Assembly (NCBI GenBank): GCA_040877595.1
Contig: JBBDNM010000062.1
Coordinates: forward strand, 10,911 to 74,910
Direction: 5' to 3'
DNA: 64,000 nucleotides
Source of the DNA: Gemmatimonadales bacterium
GTDB taxonomy: Bacteria > Gemmatimonadota > Gemmatimonadetes > Gemmatimonadales > GWC2-71-9
The notes under the pieces: model-generated
What the model was told of the DNA's origin: nothing
What the model saw: the letters and a program-made list of their open reading frames with translations, nothing else
Database searches by the model: none
Part shown: piece after piece, positions 42,083-51,765 of the stretch
How the letters are laid out: each line of letters begins with the position of its first letter
Numbering within the stretch: position 1 is the first letter of the stretch
Translations under genes and position numbers: made by a program

Positions 42083-44061
42083 AGGAGCGGCCCAAGCGCT
42101 GCACCCAGTGCGGGCGCGAAGCGCCGGGGGACCTGTTCCGCTGCCCCAACTGTCAGGTGTGGTTGCCGGCGCAGAGTGCCACCGACCGGCTGGCGGCGCG
42201 TGTGTCGGCCGCGTTGGGCGAGGGGTACCGTCTGGAAGAACAGATGGGGCGCGGCGGGTGCGCGATGGTGTTTCGCGTGCGGGACCTGCGTCTCGAACGG
42301 GACTTGGCCATCAAGGTCCTGTTGCCTGCCTTGGCCGGTAGCGAGGAACTGGCGGCGCGCTTCCGGCGCGAGACGCGTGTCGCCGCCGGATTGTCGCATC
42401 CCAATATCGTCCCCATCTATTTCCTGGGACCTGACGACGGGTTGCCGTGGTTTGCCATGCCACGCGTCCATGGGGAGTCGCTCGCCGACCGCATGAAGCG
42501 TGAGGGCCCCCAGCCGTATGCCGTGGCCCTGGGCATTGCGCGCGATGTCGCCGCGGCCCTCGATGCCGCACACGCCACCGGCGTGATCCACCGTGACGTC
42601 AAGCCGGCCAACATCCTGCTCGAACTGGCCACCGGGCGGGCGCTGCTCACGGACTTCGGGATCGCCAAGGCGATGAGCGGCGACGCCAACTTCCGCACGG
42701 CGTCCGGCATCGTGGTGGGCACGCCGTACTATGTGTCGCCCGAGCAGGCGGCCGCCGACCCGAACGTGGACGGCCGGAGCGACGTGTACAGTCTCGCGGT
42801 GGTGCTGTACGAAATGCTGGCGGGGGAGCCGCCGTTCACCGGGCCGTCGGCGCAGGCGGTATTTGCGGCCCATCAGGCCGGAACCGTACCGCCTCTCGTC
42901 ACCAAGCGGCCGGACCTGCGTCCTGCCGTGGCTGACACGCTGATCGCGGGCTTGGCCAAGGACCCGGCACATCGCCCAGGCACGCCGAGCGAGCTGGTGG
43001 CCCTCATCGAGCGGGCGCAGGGCCGGGCCAGTCTGCGCCGCTCCGGCGCCACCATCGTGCCGCGGATGTCCCTGGACGATCCGCACTTGTTCCGGTCGGC
43101 TGACGCCGCCGGTCACGATCCCCTGAATCCCGAGGGTGAGTTGCCGGTGTGGATCGAGGCGGTGGCCGAGACGGAGCGAACCATCGAAGCGGCCCTGGCC
43201 CAGGGGCCGGAGCAGGTTGTGGAGGCGGTGGCGCGCCTTGCCCGACATACGGGACTTGAGCGCGCCGCGTATCGCAACCCGGTGGAGACCGCCCTCCAGC
43301 GTCTGGGTGAACGTGCGGAACTGGTCGCCATACTCATTGATGTGTGGCAGCGCGGGGTGGGCCGCGATCCCGCCACCATCGAGCAGCATGTGCGCGCGCT
43401 GTTGCCTGCGGCGCGCCGAGCCCTGGTGGACCTGGCCGACCAGCGCCGTGATCCGGCGGTGTTTCTGCTGCTGGACCGGTTGGGGCTGCTGGATGAGGCC
43501 GCCGGCCGCTCGTTCGCCGAGCATCGCAGTCCCGCGGTTGCGCAGGCGTTTGCCGAAGCGCTCAGGGAGAGCACCCGGGCGGGCGCCGTGGTGGAAGGAT
43601 GGTTGCTGCGGTTGGCCCGACACGAATCCGCGGCCGTGCGGGTCGCGGCGGGGTCCACGGCCGCGGCAAGGCGCGGGGCGGTGGCCACGGTACTGGGGCG
43701 GCACCTGGTTTCGGACAAACAGCCCGTGGTGCGCCGGGCCGGACTCGCGGTCCTCGGTGCGTCGGGTCGCCGGGACGCCATCGTGGATCTGGATGGGACG
43801 CTCAAGCGGGGGGATCGGGATGACAAGCTCGCGGCGATCGAAGCGCTGGCAGCCCTGGGCTTGGCCGAGGTCGTGCCAGTCCTGGCCGCCATCCTCAGCG
43901 GACGTTCGATGTTTGGTGGGTCGGGTCACGCCGTGCTTCGGCGGGCGGCTGCCCGGGCCCTGTCCACACTCCCGCACGAGGCCGCCCGAACGGCCCTGGC
44001 CGCCTGCCGAGACGATAAGGACGACGAGGTCCGGGCGCTGGCCCGTTCGGTAGTTGTGTGA
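42079..44061 (+). CDS. Ser/Thr protein kinase with N-terminal zinc ribbon and C-terminal HEAT-like repeats
   Basis: CTQCG..x..CPNC ribbon. Kinase motifs GRGGCAMV, AIKVL, HRDVKPANILL, DFG and SPEQ. The C-terminal ~300 aa are Ala/Arg/Leu-rich repeats (..DDEVRALARS.., ..AIEALAALG..). Confidence 0.88.
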   Translation: MKERPKRCTQCGREAPGDLFRCPNCQVWLPAQSATDRLAARVSAALGEGYRLEEQMGRGGCAMVFRVRDLRLERDLAIKVLLPALAGSEELAARFRRETRVAAGLSHPNIVPIYFLGPDDGLPWFAMPRVHGESLADRMKREGPQPYAVALGIARDVAAALDAAHATGVIHRDVKPANILLELATGRALLTDFGIAKAMSGDANFRTASGIVVGTPYYVSPEQAAADPNVDGRSDVYSLAVVLYEMLAGEPPFTGPSAQAVFAAHQAGTVPPLVTKRPDLRPAVADTLIAGLAKDPAHRPGTPSELVALIERAQGRASLRRSGATIVPRMSLDDPHLFRSADAAGHDPLNPEGELPVWIEAVAETERTIEAALAQGPEQVVEAVARLARHTGLERAAYRNPVETALQRLGERAELVAILIDVWQRGVGRDPATIEQHVRALLPAARRALVDLADQRRDPAVFLLLDRLGLLDEAAGRSFAEHRSPAVAQAFAEALRESTRAGAVVEGWLLRLARHESAAVRVAAGSTAAARRGAVATVLGRHLVSDKQPVVRRAGLAVLGASGRRDAIVDLDGTLKRGDRDDKLAAIEALAALGLAEVVPVLAAILSGRSMFGGSGHAVLRRAAARALSTLPHEAARTALAACRDDKDDEVRALARSVVV

Positions 44062-44148
44062 GGCCGGACCACTCCATACTTTTCCCGCGGCCGTAAGCCC
44101 GGTTTTCGTTCTCGGCCCACTCAACACCCCGGTTTCAAAGGCGGATTC

Positions 44149-44736
44149 ATGGCGAAGTGGGTCAGGCCCATGGCCAAGGCAAGCGGCGTGCTGATGACCG
44201 GCGCCCTCCTTGTGGTCCTGGTCGGCGCCATGCAGACCAGCCAAACCGCGCCGTCGGCGACGATGCAGTCGTTCGAGCCCTTCCAGGCCCCGCGCGACGT
44301 GGACACCACCAACCTCCGTGGCCCGCGCCAGCCGATTCTTTACCGTCACGACATTCATGCCGGCCAGTACCAGATGGATTGCCGGTACTGCCACGGGTAC
44401 GTCGAGGTCAGCAGCAGTCCCGGCCTGCCCTCCACGGCGGTCTGCATGGGCTGTCATATGGTCGTCCAGACCCAGAGCCCGGAAGTACAGAAGCTGGCGG
44501 AGGCCCATAACAGCGGCACGCCCGTGGAGTGGGTAGAGGTCCACGAGCTCGCGCAGTTCGTCCGCTTCCCACACCAGCGGCACGTCGTGGCCGGCCAGGT
44601 GGCCTGCCAGGAGTGCCATGGCCCGGTGCAAGAGATGGTGCAGGTCTGGCAGTTCAGCTCGCTCAAGATGGGTTGGTGCCTTGACTGCCATAAAGAGCGC
44701 GGTCAGACCACCGACTGCACGGCCTGCCACTACTAA
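44149..44736 (+). CDS. actA: Alternative complex III subunit ActA (pentaheme cytochrome c)
   Basis: Five CxxCH motifs (CRYCH, CMGCH, CQECH, CLDCH, CTACH) and an N-terminal TM anchor. First gene of the act-type order. Confidence 0.88.
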   Translation: MAKWVRPMAKASGVLMTGALLVVLVGAMQTSQTAPSATMQSFEPFQAPRDVDTTNLRGPRQPILYRHDIHAGQYQMDCRYCHGYVEVSSSPGLPSTAVCMGCHMVVQTQSPEVQKLAEAHNSGTPVEWVEVHELAQFVRFPHQRHVVAGQVACQECHGPVQEMVQVWQFSSLKMGWCLDCHKERGQTTDCTACHY

Positions 44737-44748
44737 GAGGACCGACCA

Positions 44749-47736
44749 ATGACCGACGGGATGGACCGACGGAAGTTCCTCAAGGTGCTGGGCGTCACCG
44801 GTGGCGGTACCGCGGCGTTGGCGGGCTGCTCCACGGATGACGTGGCCAAGCTCATTCCGTATATGGTGCCGGTGGAAGACCAGATCCCAGGGGTCGCCAC
44901 CTACTACGCCTCGACCTGCCGCGGATGTGCCGCCGGGTGCGGCGTCCACGTCAAGGTCCGCGAGGGCCGGGCGGTGAAGCTCGAGGGCAACCCCGAGGCG
45001 CCCATCAATCGCGGCAAGCTCTGCGCCCGCTCGCAGGCCTCGCTCCAAGCCACGTATCACCCCGATCGCAACCGCTCCGCGATGATGCGCCAGGGCGAGG
45101 GGCTCGCGCCGGCCGAGTGGGAAGCGGCGCTGGCGGAAGTCGCCACCCGCCTGCAGGCGGCTCCGGCCGGGTCCGTGTGGTTCATGCACGGCACGCAGAC
45201 GGGCTCGCTGGACGCGTTGATCGGGGAGTTCGTCACGGCCATCGGCGGTCGCCGCCTGGTGTTCGAGGCATTTGCCCACGAAGCGGTGCGGCACGCCAGC
45301 CGTGAGACGTTCGGCCGCGACGAAGTGCCGCTGTATCGGTTTGCCGACGCGCAGTACATCCTGTCGTTCGGCGCCGACTTCCTCGAAACGTTCATGAGCC
45401 CCGTCGAGTACACGCGGGGCTTTGCCGACGCCCACGGCTACCGCGACGGGCGCATGGCCAAGTACGTGCATATCGAGCCGCGCATGAGCGGCACGGCCAT
45501 GAGCGCCGACGAGTGGATCGCGCCGACGCCCGGCTCGGAAGGCACGCTGGCCCTGGCGATGGCGCAGGTGATCGTCGAACGCGGGCTCGGCCGCCCGCCG
45601 GCGGACGCGCGCTCATTGCGGGCGGCCCTGGCGTCGTTCACGCCCGACCTGGCGGCGCAGGCCACCGACATTGATGCCGCCACGATCACGCGGCTCGCCC
45701 AGGAGTTTGCGGCGGGCCCAAGCGTGGCCCTGCCGGGCGGCATCGGGACCCAGCATGCCGACGCGCATCGCACGGCGGCCGCGGTCAACGTGCTCAACTA
45801 CGTGGCCGGCAACATCGGCCACACGGTCGAGTACGGCCACGGACTCCGCCAGGGCGATGGCTACGCCACGTTGCGGGAGTTCACGGTCGCTGCCGAGGCG
45901 GGCAGCATTCAGGTGTTGCTGATCCACGACGCGAATCCGGTGCATGCGAGCCCGAGCGCGCTGAATGTGAGCGGTGCACTCGGCCACATTCCGTTCGTCG
46001 CGAGCTTCAGCCGGTTCCAGGACGAGACGTCGGCCTGGGCCCACGTGGTCCTGCCCGATCACGATGCGATGGAACAGTGGAATGACTGGCAGCCCCGCGC
46101 CGGCGTGCAGATGCTGCTCCAGCCGGCCATGGCGCCGGTGTTCGACACGCGCCAGACCGGTGATGTCCTGCTCGACCTGAGCCGCCGGATGGGTCGCACC
46201 CCGCGCCAGGCCACCTACAAGGAATACGTGCAGGCGCGCTGGGCCGATCTGCAGCGTACCCTCGGCGATCGCGCGCCGTTCGACACGTTCTGGCGCAACG
46301 CCCTCCAGCGGGGCGGGGTATGGACCGAAGCGCGTCCCGCCACCGTACGGTTAGCGGCGGGCGCCACACGCGTCACGAATCCCGCGTGGGCACCGACCGA
46401 AGGCCAACTCACGCTGATCGCCTACCCATCGTCCACGTTCTATGACGGTCGCGATGCGCACGTGCCGTGGCTGCAGGAACTGCCCGATCCCGTCACCAAG
46501 ATGACCTGGGGATCGTGGGTCGAGATTCATCCCGACACGGCTGACCGGTTCGGGATCATGGAAGGTGACGTGGTGCAGGTGACGTCGGCGCAGGGCACGG
46601 TGGCAGTGCCCGCCTACCTCTACCCCGGCTTGCGCCCCGATGTGGTCGCGATGCCGCTGGGCCAGGGGCATACGGCCTACACGCGCTACGCCACCGGCGT
46701 CGGTGTGAACACGTGGTCGCTGTTGCCGGGTGAAGCGGCGGTGTTCGGTGGTGCCCAGCATTACGTGTCGGTGTCGCTCACGCGCACCAGCCGCCACGAG
46801 CGCCTGGCCAAGACCGAGGGCCGCAATCGCCAGCTGGGTCGCGGGATCGCGCAGGCCGTCACGTTGGGCGGCATCGCCCACGGGGCGCTGGACCACCCGT
46901 TCCACGTGGCGCACGCGGCCCCGGTGCCCGAGCGCGAGGAACACCTGCTTGATGAAGTGGCCGCGGCCCAACGGCGCGCCACGGACTATGGCCCCTACGC
47001 CCTGCGCAACACGCGCTGGGGCATGACGATTGACCTGTCGCGCTGCACGGGCTGTAACGCCTGTGTGGCGGCGTGCAGCGCCGAGAACAACGTGCCGTAC
47101 ATCGGTGCCGAGCAGGTACGCCGCGGCCGCGCGATGCAGTGGATCCGTATCGAGCGGTACTTCGAGGGCGGCGAGCACGGCGAGCCGCTGGAGACCCGCT
47201 TCGTGCCGATGCTGTGCCAGCACTGCGGCAACGCCCCCTGCGAGCCGGTCTGCCCGGTGTTCGCGGCGTACCACACGCCGGACGGCCTGAACGGCCAGGT
47301 GTACAACCGCTGCGTCGGCACGCGGTACTGCGGCAACAACTGTCCGTACAAGGTCCGCTACTTCAACTGGTATGACATGTCGGAACCCGGCGCGCCCAAG
47401 TTTGCCTGGCCGGACCCGATGCATTGGATGCTCAATCCCGACGTGACCGTGCGGTCCCGGGGCGTCATGGAGAAGTGCACGTTCTGCGTCCAGCGTATTC
47501 GCGGGGCACAACACCGGGCCGCGACGGAGGGTCGCGCGCTGGTGGATGGCGAAGTGCGCACCGCGTGCCAACAGACCTGCCCGGCGGACGCCATCACCTT
47601 CGGCAACATGATGGACCCGGAAGCCCAGGTCACGCGGACGGCCGCCGACCCGCGCGGGTATCGCGTGCTCGAGGGACTCAACACCAAGCCCGCGGTGACG
47701 TACCTGATGAAGGTACGCCACCTCGAGGAGGCCTGA
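44749..47736 (+). CDS. actB: Alternative complex III subunit ActB (molybdopterin-oxidoreductase-like + 4Fe-4S ferredoxin fusion)
   Basis: Tat signal MDRRKFLKVLGV. N-terminal MopB-like domain with ..CRGCAAGCGV... C-terminal Fe-S cluster motifs CTGCNACVAAC, CQHCGNAPCEPVCP, CVGTRYCGNNCPY and CTFC..C..CP. Confidence 0.9.
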   Translation: MTDGMDRRKFLKVLGVTGGGTAALAGCSTDDVAKLIPYMVPVEDQIPGVATYYASTCRGCAAGCGVHVKVREGRAVKLEGNPEAPINRGKLCARSQASLQATYHPDRNRSAMMRQGEGLAPAEWEAALAEVATRLQAAPAGSVWFMHGTQTGSLDALIGEFVTAIGGRRLVFEAFAHEAVRHASRETFGRDEVPLYRFADAQYILSFGADFLETFMSPVEYTRGFADAHGYRDGRMAKYVHIEPRMSGTAMSADEWIAPTPGSEGTLALAMAQVIVERGLGRPPADARSLRAALASFTPDLAAQATDIDAATITRLAQEFAAGPSVALPGGIGTQHADAHRTAAAVNVLNYVAGNIGHTVEYGHGLRQGDGYATLREFTVAAEAGSIQVLLIHDANPVHASPSALNVSGALGHIPFVASFSRFQDETSAWAHVVLPDHDAMEQWNDWQPRAGVQMLLQPAMAPVFDTRQTGDVLLDLSRRMGRTPRQATYKEYVQARWADLQRTLGDRAPFDTFWRNALQRGGVWTEARPATVRLAAGATRVTNPAWAPTEGQLTLIAYPSSTFYDGRDAHVPWLQELPDPVTKMTWGSWVEIHPDTADRFGIMEGDVVQVTSAQGTVAVPAYLYPGLRPDVVAMPLGQGHTAYTRYATGVGVNTWSLLPGEAAVFGGAQHYVSVSLTRTSRHERLAKTEGRNRQLGRGIAQAVTLGGIAHGALDHPFHVAHAAPVPEREEHLLDEVAAAQRRATDYGPYALRNTRWGMTIDLSRCTGCNACVAACSAENNVPYIGAEQVRRGRAMQWIRIERYFEGGEHGEPLETRFVPMLCQHCGNAPCEPVCPVFAAYHTPDGLNGQVYNRCVGTRYCGNNCPYKVRYFNWYDMSEPGAPKFAWPDPMHWMLNPDVTVRSRGVMEKCTFCVQRIRGAQHRAATEGRALVDGEVRTACQQTCPADAITFGNMMDPEAQVTRTAADPRGYRVLEGLNTKPAVTYLMKVRHLEEA

Positions 47737-47737
47737 G

Positions 47738-49075
47738 GTGATGGCTACCGGGAAGGCCCCTCAGCCCACGTACGCCGAGATCACCCGCGATATCGCGGCC
47801 ACCCTCGGCAATCCGGGCAAAGGGTATTACGCCCTGCTCACGACCGCCGTCGTGCTCTTCCTGGCGGGCGCGATCACGGTCCTGCTCGAGGTGCGCTATG
47901 GCCTCGGGCTCGCGGGCTACCGCACGCCGGTCTTCTGGGGTGTGTACATCACGACCTTCGTCTTCTGGGTCGGCATCGCGCACTCGGGCACGCTGATCTC
48001 GGCGATCCTGTACCTGTTCCGGTCGGCGTGGCGCACGGCGGTGTACCGCACCGCGGAAGCGATGACAGTCTTCGCGGTGCTCACCGCCGGCCTGTTTCCG
48101 CTGATCCATGTCGGGCGCATGTGGTACGCGTACTGGCTGATCCCGTACCCGAACCAGCGGCAACTGTGGGTCAACTTCAAGTCGCCGCTCATCTGGGACG
48201 TGTTCGCCGTCTCGACGTATCTGACCGTGTCCACGCTCTTCCTGATGGTCGGCCTGATCCCGGATATCGCGTCGCTGCGTGACAAGGCGACCGGCTGGCG
48301 CAAGAAGCTGTACCAGGCCACCGCACTCGGCTGGCGCGGCACCGACCAGCAGTGGCGCCACTACACCAAGGCCTACATGTACATGGCCGCCCTGGCCACG
48401 CCGCTCGTGCTCTCCGTGCACAGCGTCGTGTCCTGGGACTTCGCCATGGCCATCGTGCCCGGCTGGCACGCTACCATCTTCGCCCCGTACTTCGTGGCGG
48501 GCGCCATTTACTCCGGCGTCGCGATGGTGATCACCCTGCTGGTGCCCATCCGGAAGGTGTTCAAGCTTGAGCGGTACATCCACGAAGATCATTTTGAAAA
48601 CCTGAGCAAGCTGATGCTCCTGACGGGCATGATCGTCGCGTATGCCTACGTCACGGAGTACTTCATCGCCTGGTACAGCGGGAACCCGTTCGAACAGGCC
48701 TCGTTCTGGAACCGCGCGTTCGGCGATTACTGGTGGGCCACCTGGACCATGCTGATCTGCAACGGCCTCCTGCCGTTGTTCCTGTGGTCCCGGAAGATCC
48801 GTCGCAGCATCCCGGCGCTGTTTGTCCTGTCGCTCTTCGTCAACCTCGGGATGTGGTTCGAGCGGTTCGTCATCATCGTCGTCTCATTGTCGTTCGAGTA
48901 TGAGCCCTATGCGATGGGCCATTACTCGGCCACCTGGGCGGACTGGCTGGTGCTGTCCGGCAGCTTCGGATGGTTCTTCATGTGGTTCCTGCTGTTCGCC
49001 AAGAACTTCCCGACCGTCTCGATCACCGAGGTGAAAGAAGTGATCCCGATGCCACGGAAGGGAGGAGCGCACTGA
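47738..49075 (+). CDS. actC: Alternative complex III subunit ActC (NrfD/PsrC-like membrane subunit)
   Basis: 445 aa polytopic NrfD-like protein. The start is GTG 47738 or ATG 47741, 2-5 nt after the actB stop. Confidence 0.88.
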   Translation: MMATGKAPQPTYAEITRDIAATLGNPGKGYYALLTTAVVLFLAGAITVLLEVRYGLGLAGYRTPVFWGVYITTFVFWVGIAHSGTLISAILYLFRSAWRTAVYRTAEAMTVFAVLTAGLFPLIHVGRMWYAYWLIPYPNQRQLWVNFKSPLIWDVFAVSTYLTVSTLFLMVGLIPDIASLRDKATGWRKKLYQATALGWRGTDQQWRHYTKAYMYMAALATPLVLSVHSVVSWDFAMAIVPGWHATIFAPYFVAGAIYSGVAMVITLLVPIRKVFKLERYIHEDHFENLSKLMLLTGMIVAYAYVTEYFIAWYSGNPFEQASFWNRAFGDYWWATWTMLICNGLLPLFLWSRKIRRSIPALFVLSLFVNLGMWFERFVIIVVSLSFEYEPYAMGHYSATWADWLVLSGSFGWFFMWFLLFAKNFPTVSITEVKEVIPMPRKGGAH

Positions 49076-49581
49076 TGTCGGCGCATCCCGGCGGCGTGCT
49101 CGCCGCCTTCCTCCATGAAGACGCGGCGGTGTCGGCCATCCGCTCGCTCAAGGAACTGGGCTACAAGGACTTCACGGTCTATTCGCCGGCGCCGAATCAC
49201 GCGCTGATGGAGGCCGTGGGCCACAAGATCAGCCCGGTCCGGCTCTGGACCCTGGTCGGCGGTCTGGTTGGCGTGACCTCGGGGTTTGCCATGACCATCT
49301 GGATGTCGCTGGATTATCCGATCGTGGTGGGGGGCAAGCCGATTCCGTCGTGGATCCCGTACGTCGTGATCGGGTTCGAGTTGACCATCCTGATTGGCGC
49401 CATCGCCACGCTGACGGGGTTGGCGGTGCACATCCTGCTGACCCGGAAGGCGGCCGCCTACGATCCCCGGTTTACCGATGACCAGATCGGCGTGTTCGTG
49501 CCGTGCCCCACGGAACGGCGCGGCGCCGTGGAACAGATGCTCAATGCCGCGGGAGCGGTGGAGGTGCGCGTTGCCGCGTAA
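49075..49581 (+). CDS. actD: Alternative complex III subunit ActD (DUF3341-like)
   Basis: MSAHPGGVLAAFLHEDAAVSAIRSLKELGYKDFTVYSP.. followed by two TM helices. The ATG shares a base with the actC stop (TGATG). The upstream 35 codons of the track ORF are rejected. Confidence 0.85.
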   Translation: MSAHPGGVLAAFLHEDAAVSAIRSLKELGYKDFTVYSPAPNHALMEAVGHKISPVRLWTLVGGLVGVTSGFAMTIWMSLDYPIVVGGKPIPSWIPYVVIGFELTILIGAIATLTGLAVHILLTRKAAAYDPRFTDDQIGVFVPCPTERRGAVEQMLNAAGAVEVRVAA

Positions 49582-49585
49582 ACCC

Positions 49586-50137
49586 ATGCTCGCCGTCATC
49601 GCCGCGGTCCTGCTGCTGAGCGGATGCACCCGAGACCAGTGGCAGCGGTTCCCGGGGCCGGATGAAGCCGTCAAGCTGATCCCGCTCTTTGCCACCATGA
49701 CCAGGGGCCTCGCGGTGCAGCCGTACAAGTGGCCCACGCCGCGCCCGCCGGTCGAAGGCACCGTCCCGGTGACGGGGGGCGAGGCGCCGACCCCAATTAC
49801 CAACCGGCCCGACGATCTCGCGCGCATCAACGCGCTGCGGAACCCGGTGCAGATGACCGCGCTGTCGCTCGAACGGGGCCGCGAGCGGTACGACATCTAC
49901 TGCACGCCCTGTCACGGTGCGATGGGTGATGGTCAGGGGCCGGTGCCGGTCGGCACCAACCTGCCGTGGGTGCCGAGCCTGCTGACGCCGATCGCAGCGC
50001 GGCATTCCGACGGCATGCTGTATGCCATCACGCGCCACGGCCGGGGCCTGATGCCTGCCTATGGTGATCGCCTGCGCGGCGAGGACCGGTGGCACGTGGT
50101 CAACTACGTGCGCCAGCTCCAGGGAGCCGCCCGATGA
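49586..50137 (+). CDS. actE: Alternative complex III subunit ActE (monoheme cytochrome c lipoprotein)
   Basis: Lipobox LLLSG|C and a single CTPCH heme motif. An alternative TTG start at 49571 would add MPRKP. Confidence 0.85.
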   Translation: MLAVIAAVLLLSGCTRDQWQRFPGPDEAVKLIPLFATMTRGLAVQPYKWPTPRPPVEGTVPVTGGEAPTPITNRPDDLARINALRNPVQMTALSLERGRERYDIYCTPCHGAMGDGQGPVPVGTNLPWVPSLLTPIAARHSDGMLYAITRHGRGLMPAYGDRLRGEDRWHVVNYVRQLQGAAR

Positions 50138-51387
50138 GCGCCCCCGTGAATCATGCGGACGCCTACGCGCGGGCGGCCCACGCGCCGGCCGGTGGCATGC
50201 TGCTGGTGGGCGCGATCCTTGCCGTCATCGGCACGGGCGCGTTCCTCGTGCTGACGCACGGTGAGCAGCATCATCTCGCCTGGCAGCTCTTCCTCGTCAA
50301 CTTCGTGTTCTTCACGGGGCTCTCGACGGGCGCGGTCATCTTCGCCGCCGTGCAGAAGATCACCAAGGGCAAGTGGTCCGGCCCGATCGTCCGGTTCGCC
50401 GAAGCCGGCGTGGCGTTTCTCCCCGTGGCCGTCCTCGGGTTCCTCGTGCTGTGGATCGGGCGCGACCATCTGTTCCCGTGGATCGACAGCCCGACCCCCG
50501 CCCGCGGGCCGTGGCTCACCGAAGGGTTCGTGTTCTGGCGCGATCTGCTGAGCCTGGTCATCGTGATGCTGGTGTCCATCCGCTTCGTCATGCTCGACCT
50601 GCGCCCCGACCTGCTGCCGCTGCGGGATGCGGCGACCGGACTCAAGCGCATGAAGTACGATTTCATCCTCGGGAACTACACCGGCACGCCGGAGCAGGTG
50701 GCCCAGAACGAGCACAAGATTCACTGGTTGGCGCCGGTCCTGGTGTTGCTGTACGCCTACCTGTACTCGCTGCTGGCGTTCGACCTCATCATGTCGCTCG
50801 CGCCCTACTGGATCAGCAACCTGTTCGGCGCCTACTATTTCATGGGGTCGTTCCTGACCGGGCTCACCATGCTGGCCATGATGACCCTGTACTGGCGCAA
50901 GACGCTGGGTCTGGAGCAGTTGATCGGTCGCCAGCAGTTCCATGACCTGGGCAAGCTGATCTTCGGCTTCACGGTCTTCTGGGCGTACCTCACGTACAGC
51001 CAGGTATTGGTGATCTGGTACGGCAACCTGCCTGAGGAAACCGCGTTCCTGTTCTGGCGTATCTTCGGTGAGTGGCAGCCGGTCACCATCATGGTGGGCC
51101 TGATGGTGTTCGCCATCCCGTTCTGGGGGCTGATCTGGGTCAAGTCCAAGACCACGCCGCTCACGTTCGGCCTGTTCGCGTTGATCAGCTTTAGCGGCAT
51201 GTGGCTGGAGAAGTACGTGCAGGTGGTGCCCTCGTACGGCGCGCGTGAAACGCTCGGCCTCCCGGCCGTCCTGATCACGCTCGGGTTCCTCGGCCTGTTC
51301 CTGCTGAGTTATGGGGCGTTTGCGAAGATGTTCCCCATGGTAAGCCCCCGTCTGGCCGAGCAGGTGAAAGAGATGGTGCACCACTAG
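50134..51387 (+). CDS. actF: Alternative complex III subunit ActF (second NrfD-like membrane subunit)
   Basis: Polytopic protein. ATGA overlap with the actE stop (ATG 50134). The upstream 15 codons of the track ORF are rejected. Confidence 0.85.
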   Translation: MSAPVNHADAYARAAHAPAGGMLLVGAILAVIGTGAFLVLTHGEQHHLAWQLFLVNFVFFTGLSTGAVIFAAVQKITKGKWSGPIVRFAEAGVAFLPVAVLGFLVLWIGRDHLFPWIDSPTPARGPWLTEGFVFWRDLLSLVIVMLVSIRFVMLDLRPDLLPLRDAATGLKRMKYDFILGNYTGTPEQVAQNEHKIHWLAPVLVLLYAYLYSLLAFDLIMSLAPYWISNLFGAYYFMGSFLTGLTMLAMMTLYWRKTLGLEQLIGRQQFHDLGKLIFGFTVFWAYLTYSQVLVIWYGNLPEETAFLFWRIFGEWQPVTIMVGLMVFAIPFWGLIWVKSKTTPLTFGLFALISFSGMWLEKYVQVVPSYGARETLGLPAVLITLGFLGLFLLSYGAFAKMFPMVSPRLAEQVKEMVHH

Positions 51388-51408
51388 GCGGCGAGGCGTC
51401 TCGCCGCC
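51387..51408 (+). terminator. 9-bp GC hairpin directly after actF stop (possible attenuator/terminator, no U-tract)
   Basis: ggcggcgag (51387-51395), loop gcgt, ctcgccgcc (51400-51408). Confidence 0.35.
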
Positions 51409-51420
51409 TATGTTCCCCGC

Positions 51421-51765
51421 ATGACCGACTCCCTCGCCGAGTTCGAGCATTTTCGCTCGAAGATGAACGCCGCTATCTCGGCGGCCGACAATCTCGTCAT
51501 CAACCGGTTCTTCAATCTCGATACCCGGACGTACGAACCCGGGGCGCTTGACGCGAAAACCAAGGAGCTGCTCGGCCTGGTCGCCTCGATGGTGCTCCGA
51601 TGTGATGATTGCATCACCTACCACATCATCGAATCGCACAAGGAAGGCGTCACCAAGGCGCAGTTCTTCGAGGCGTTCTCGGTGGCACTCGTGGTGGGAG
51701 GATCCATTGTGATCCCGCATCTGCGTCGCGCGGTGGCGCGGCTCGAGGAACTCGGCGTTCAGTGA
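51421..51765 (+). CDS. Carboxymuconolactone decarboxylase / AhpD-like family protein
   Basis: 114 aa with ..LLGLVASMVLRCDDCITYH.. (CxxC of the AhpD core). Confidence 0.8.
   Translation: MTDSLAEFEHFRSKMNAAISAADNLVINRFFNLDTRTYEPGALDAKTKELLGLVASMVLRCDDCITYHIIESHKEGVTKAQFFEAFSVALVVGGSIVIPHLRRAVARLEELGVQ

Noticed and set aside
42052-45471. 1139-aa minus-strand ORF
   Set aside because: It spans the whole kinase gene, an intergenic region and actA/actB on the opposite strand. The composition is Arg/Gly/His-dominated and the plus-strand genes have unmistakable kinase and CxxCH/Fe-S motifs.
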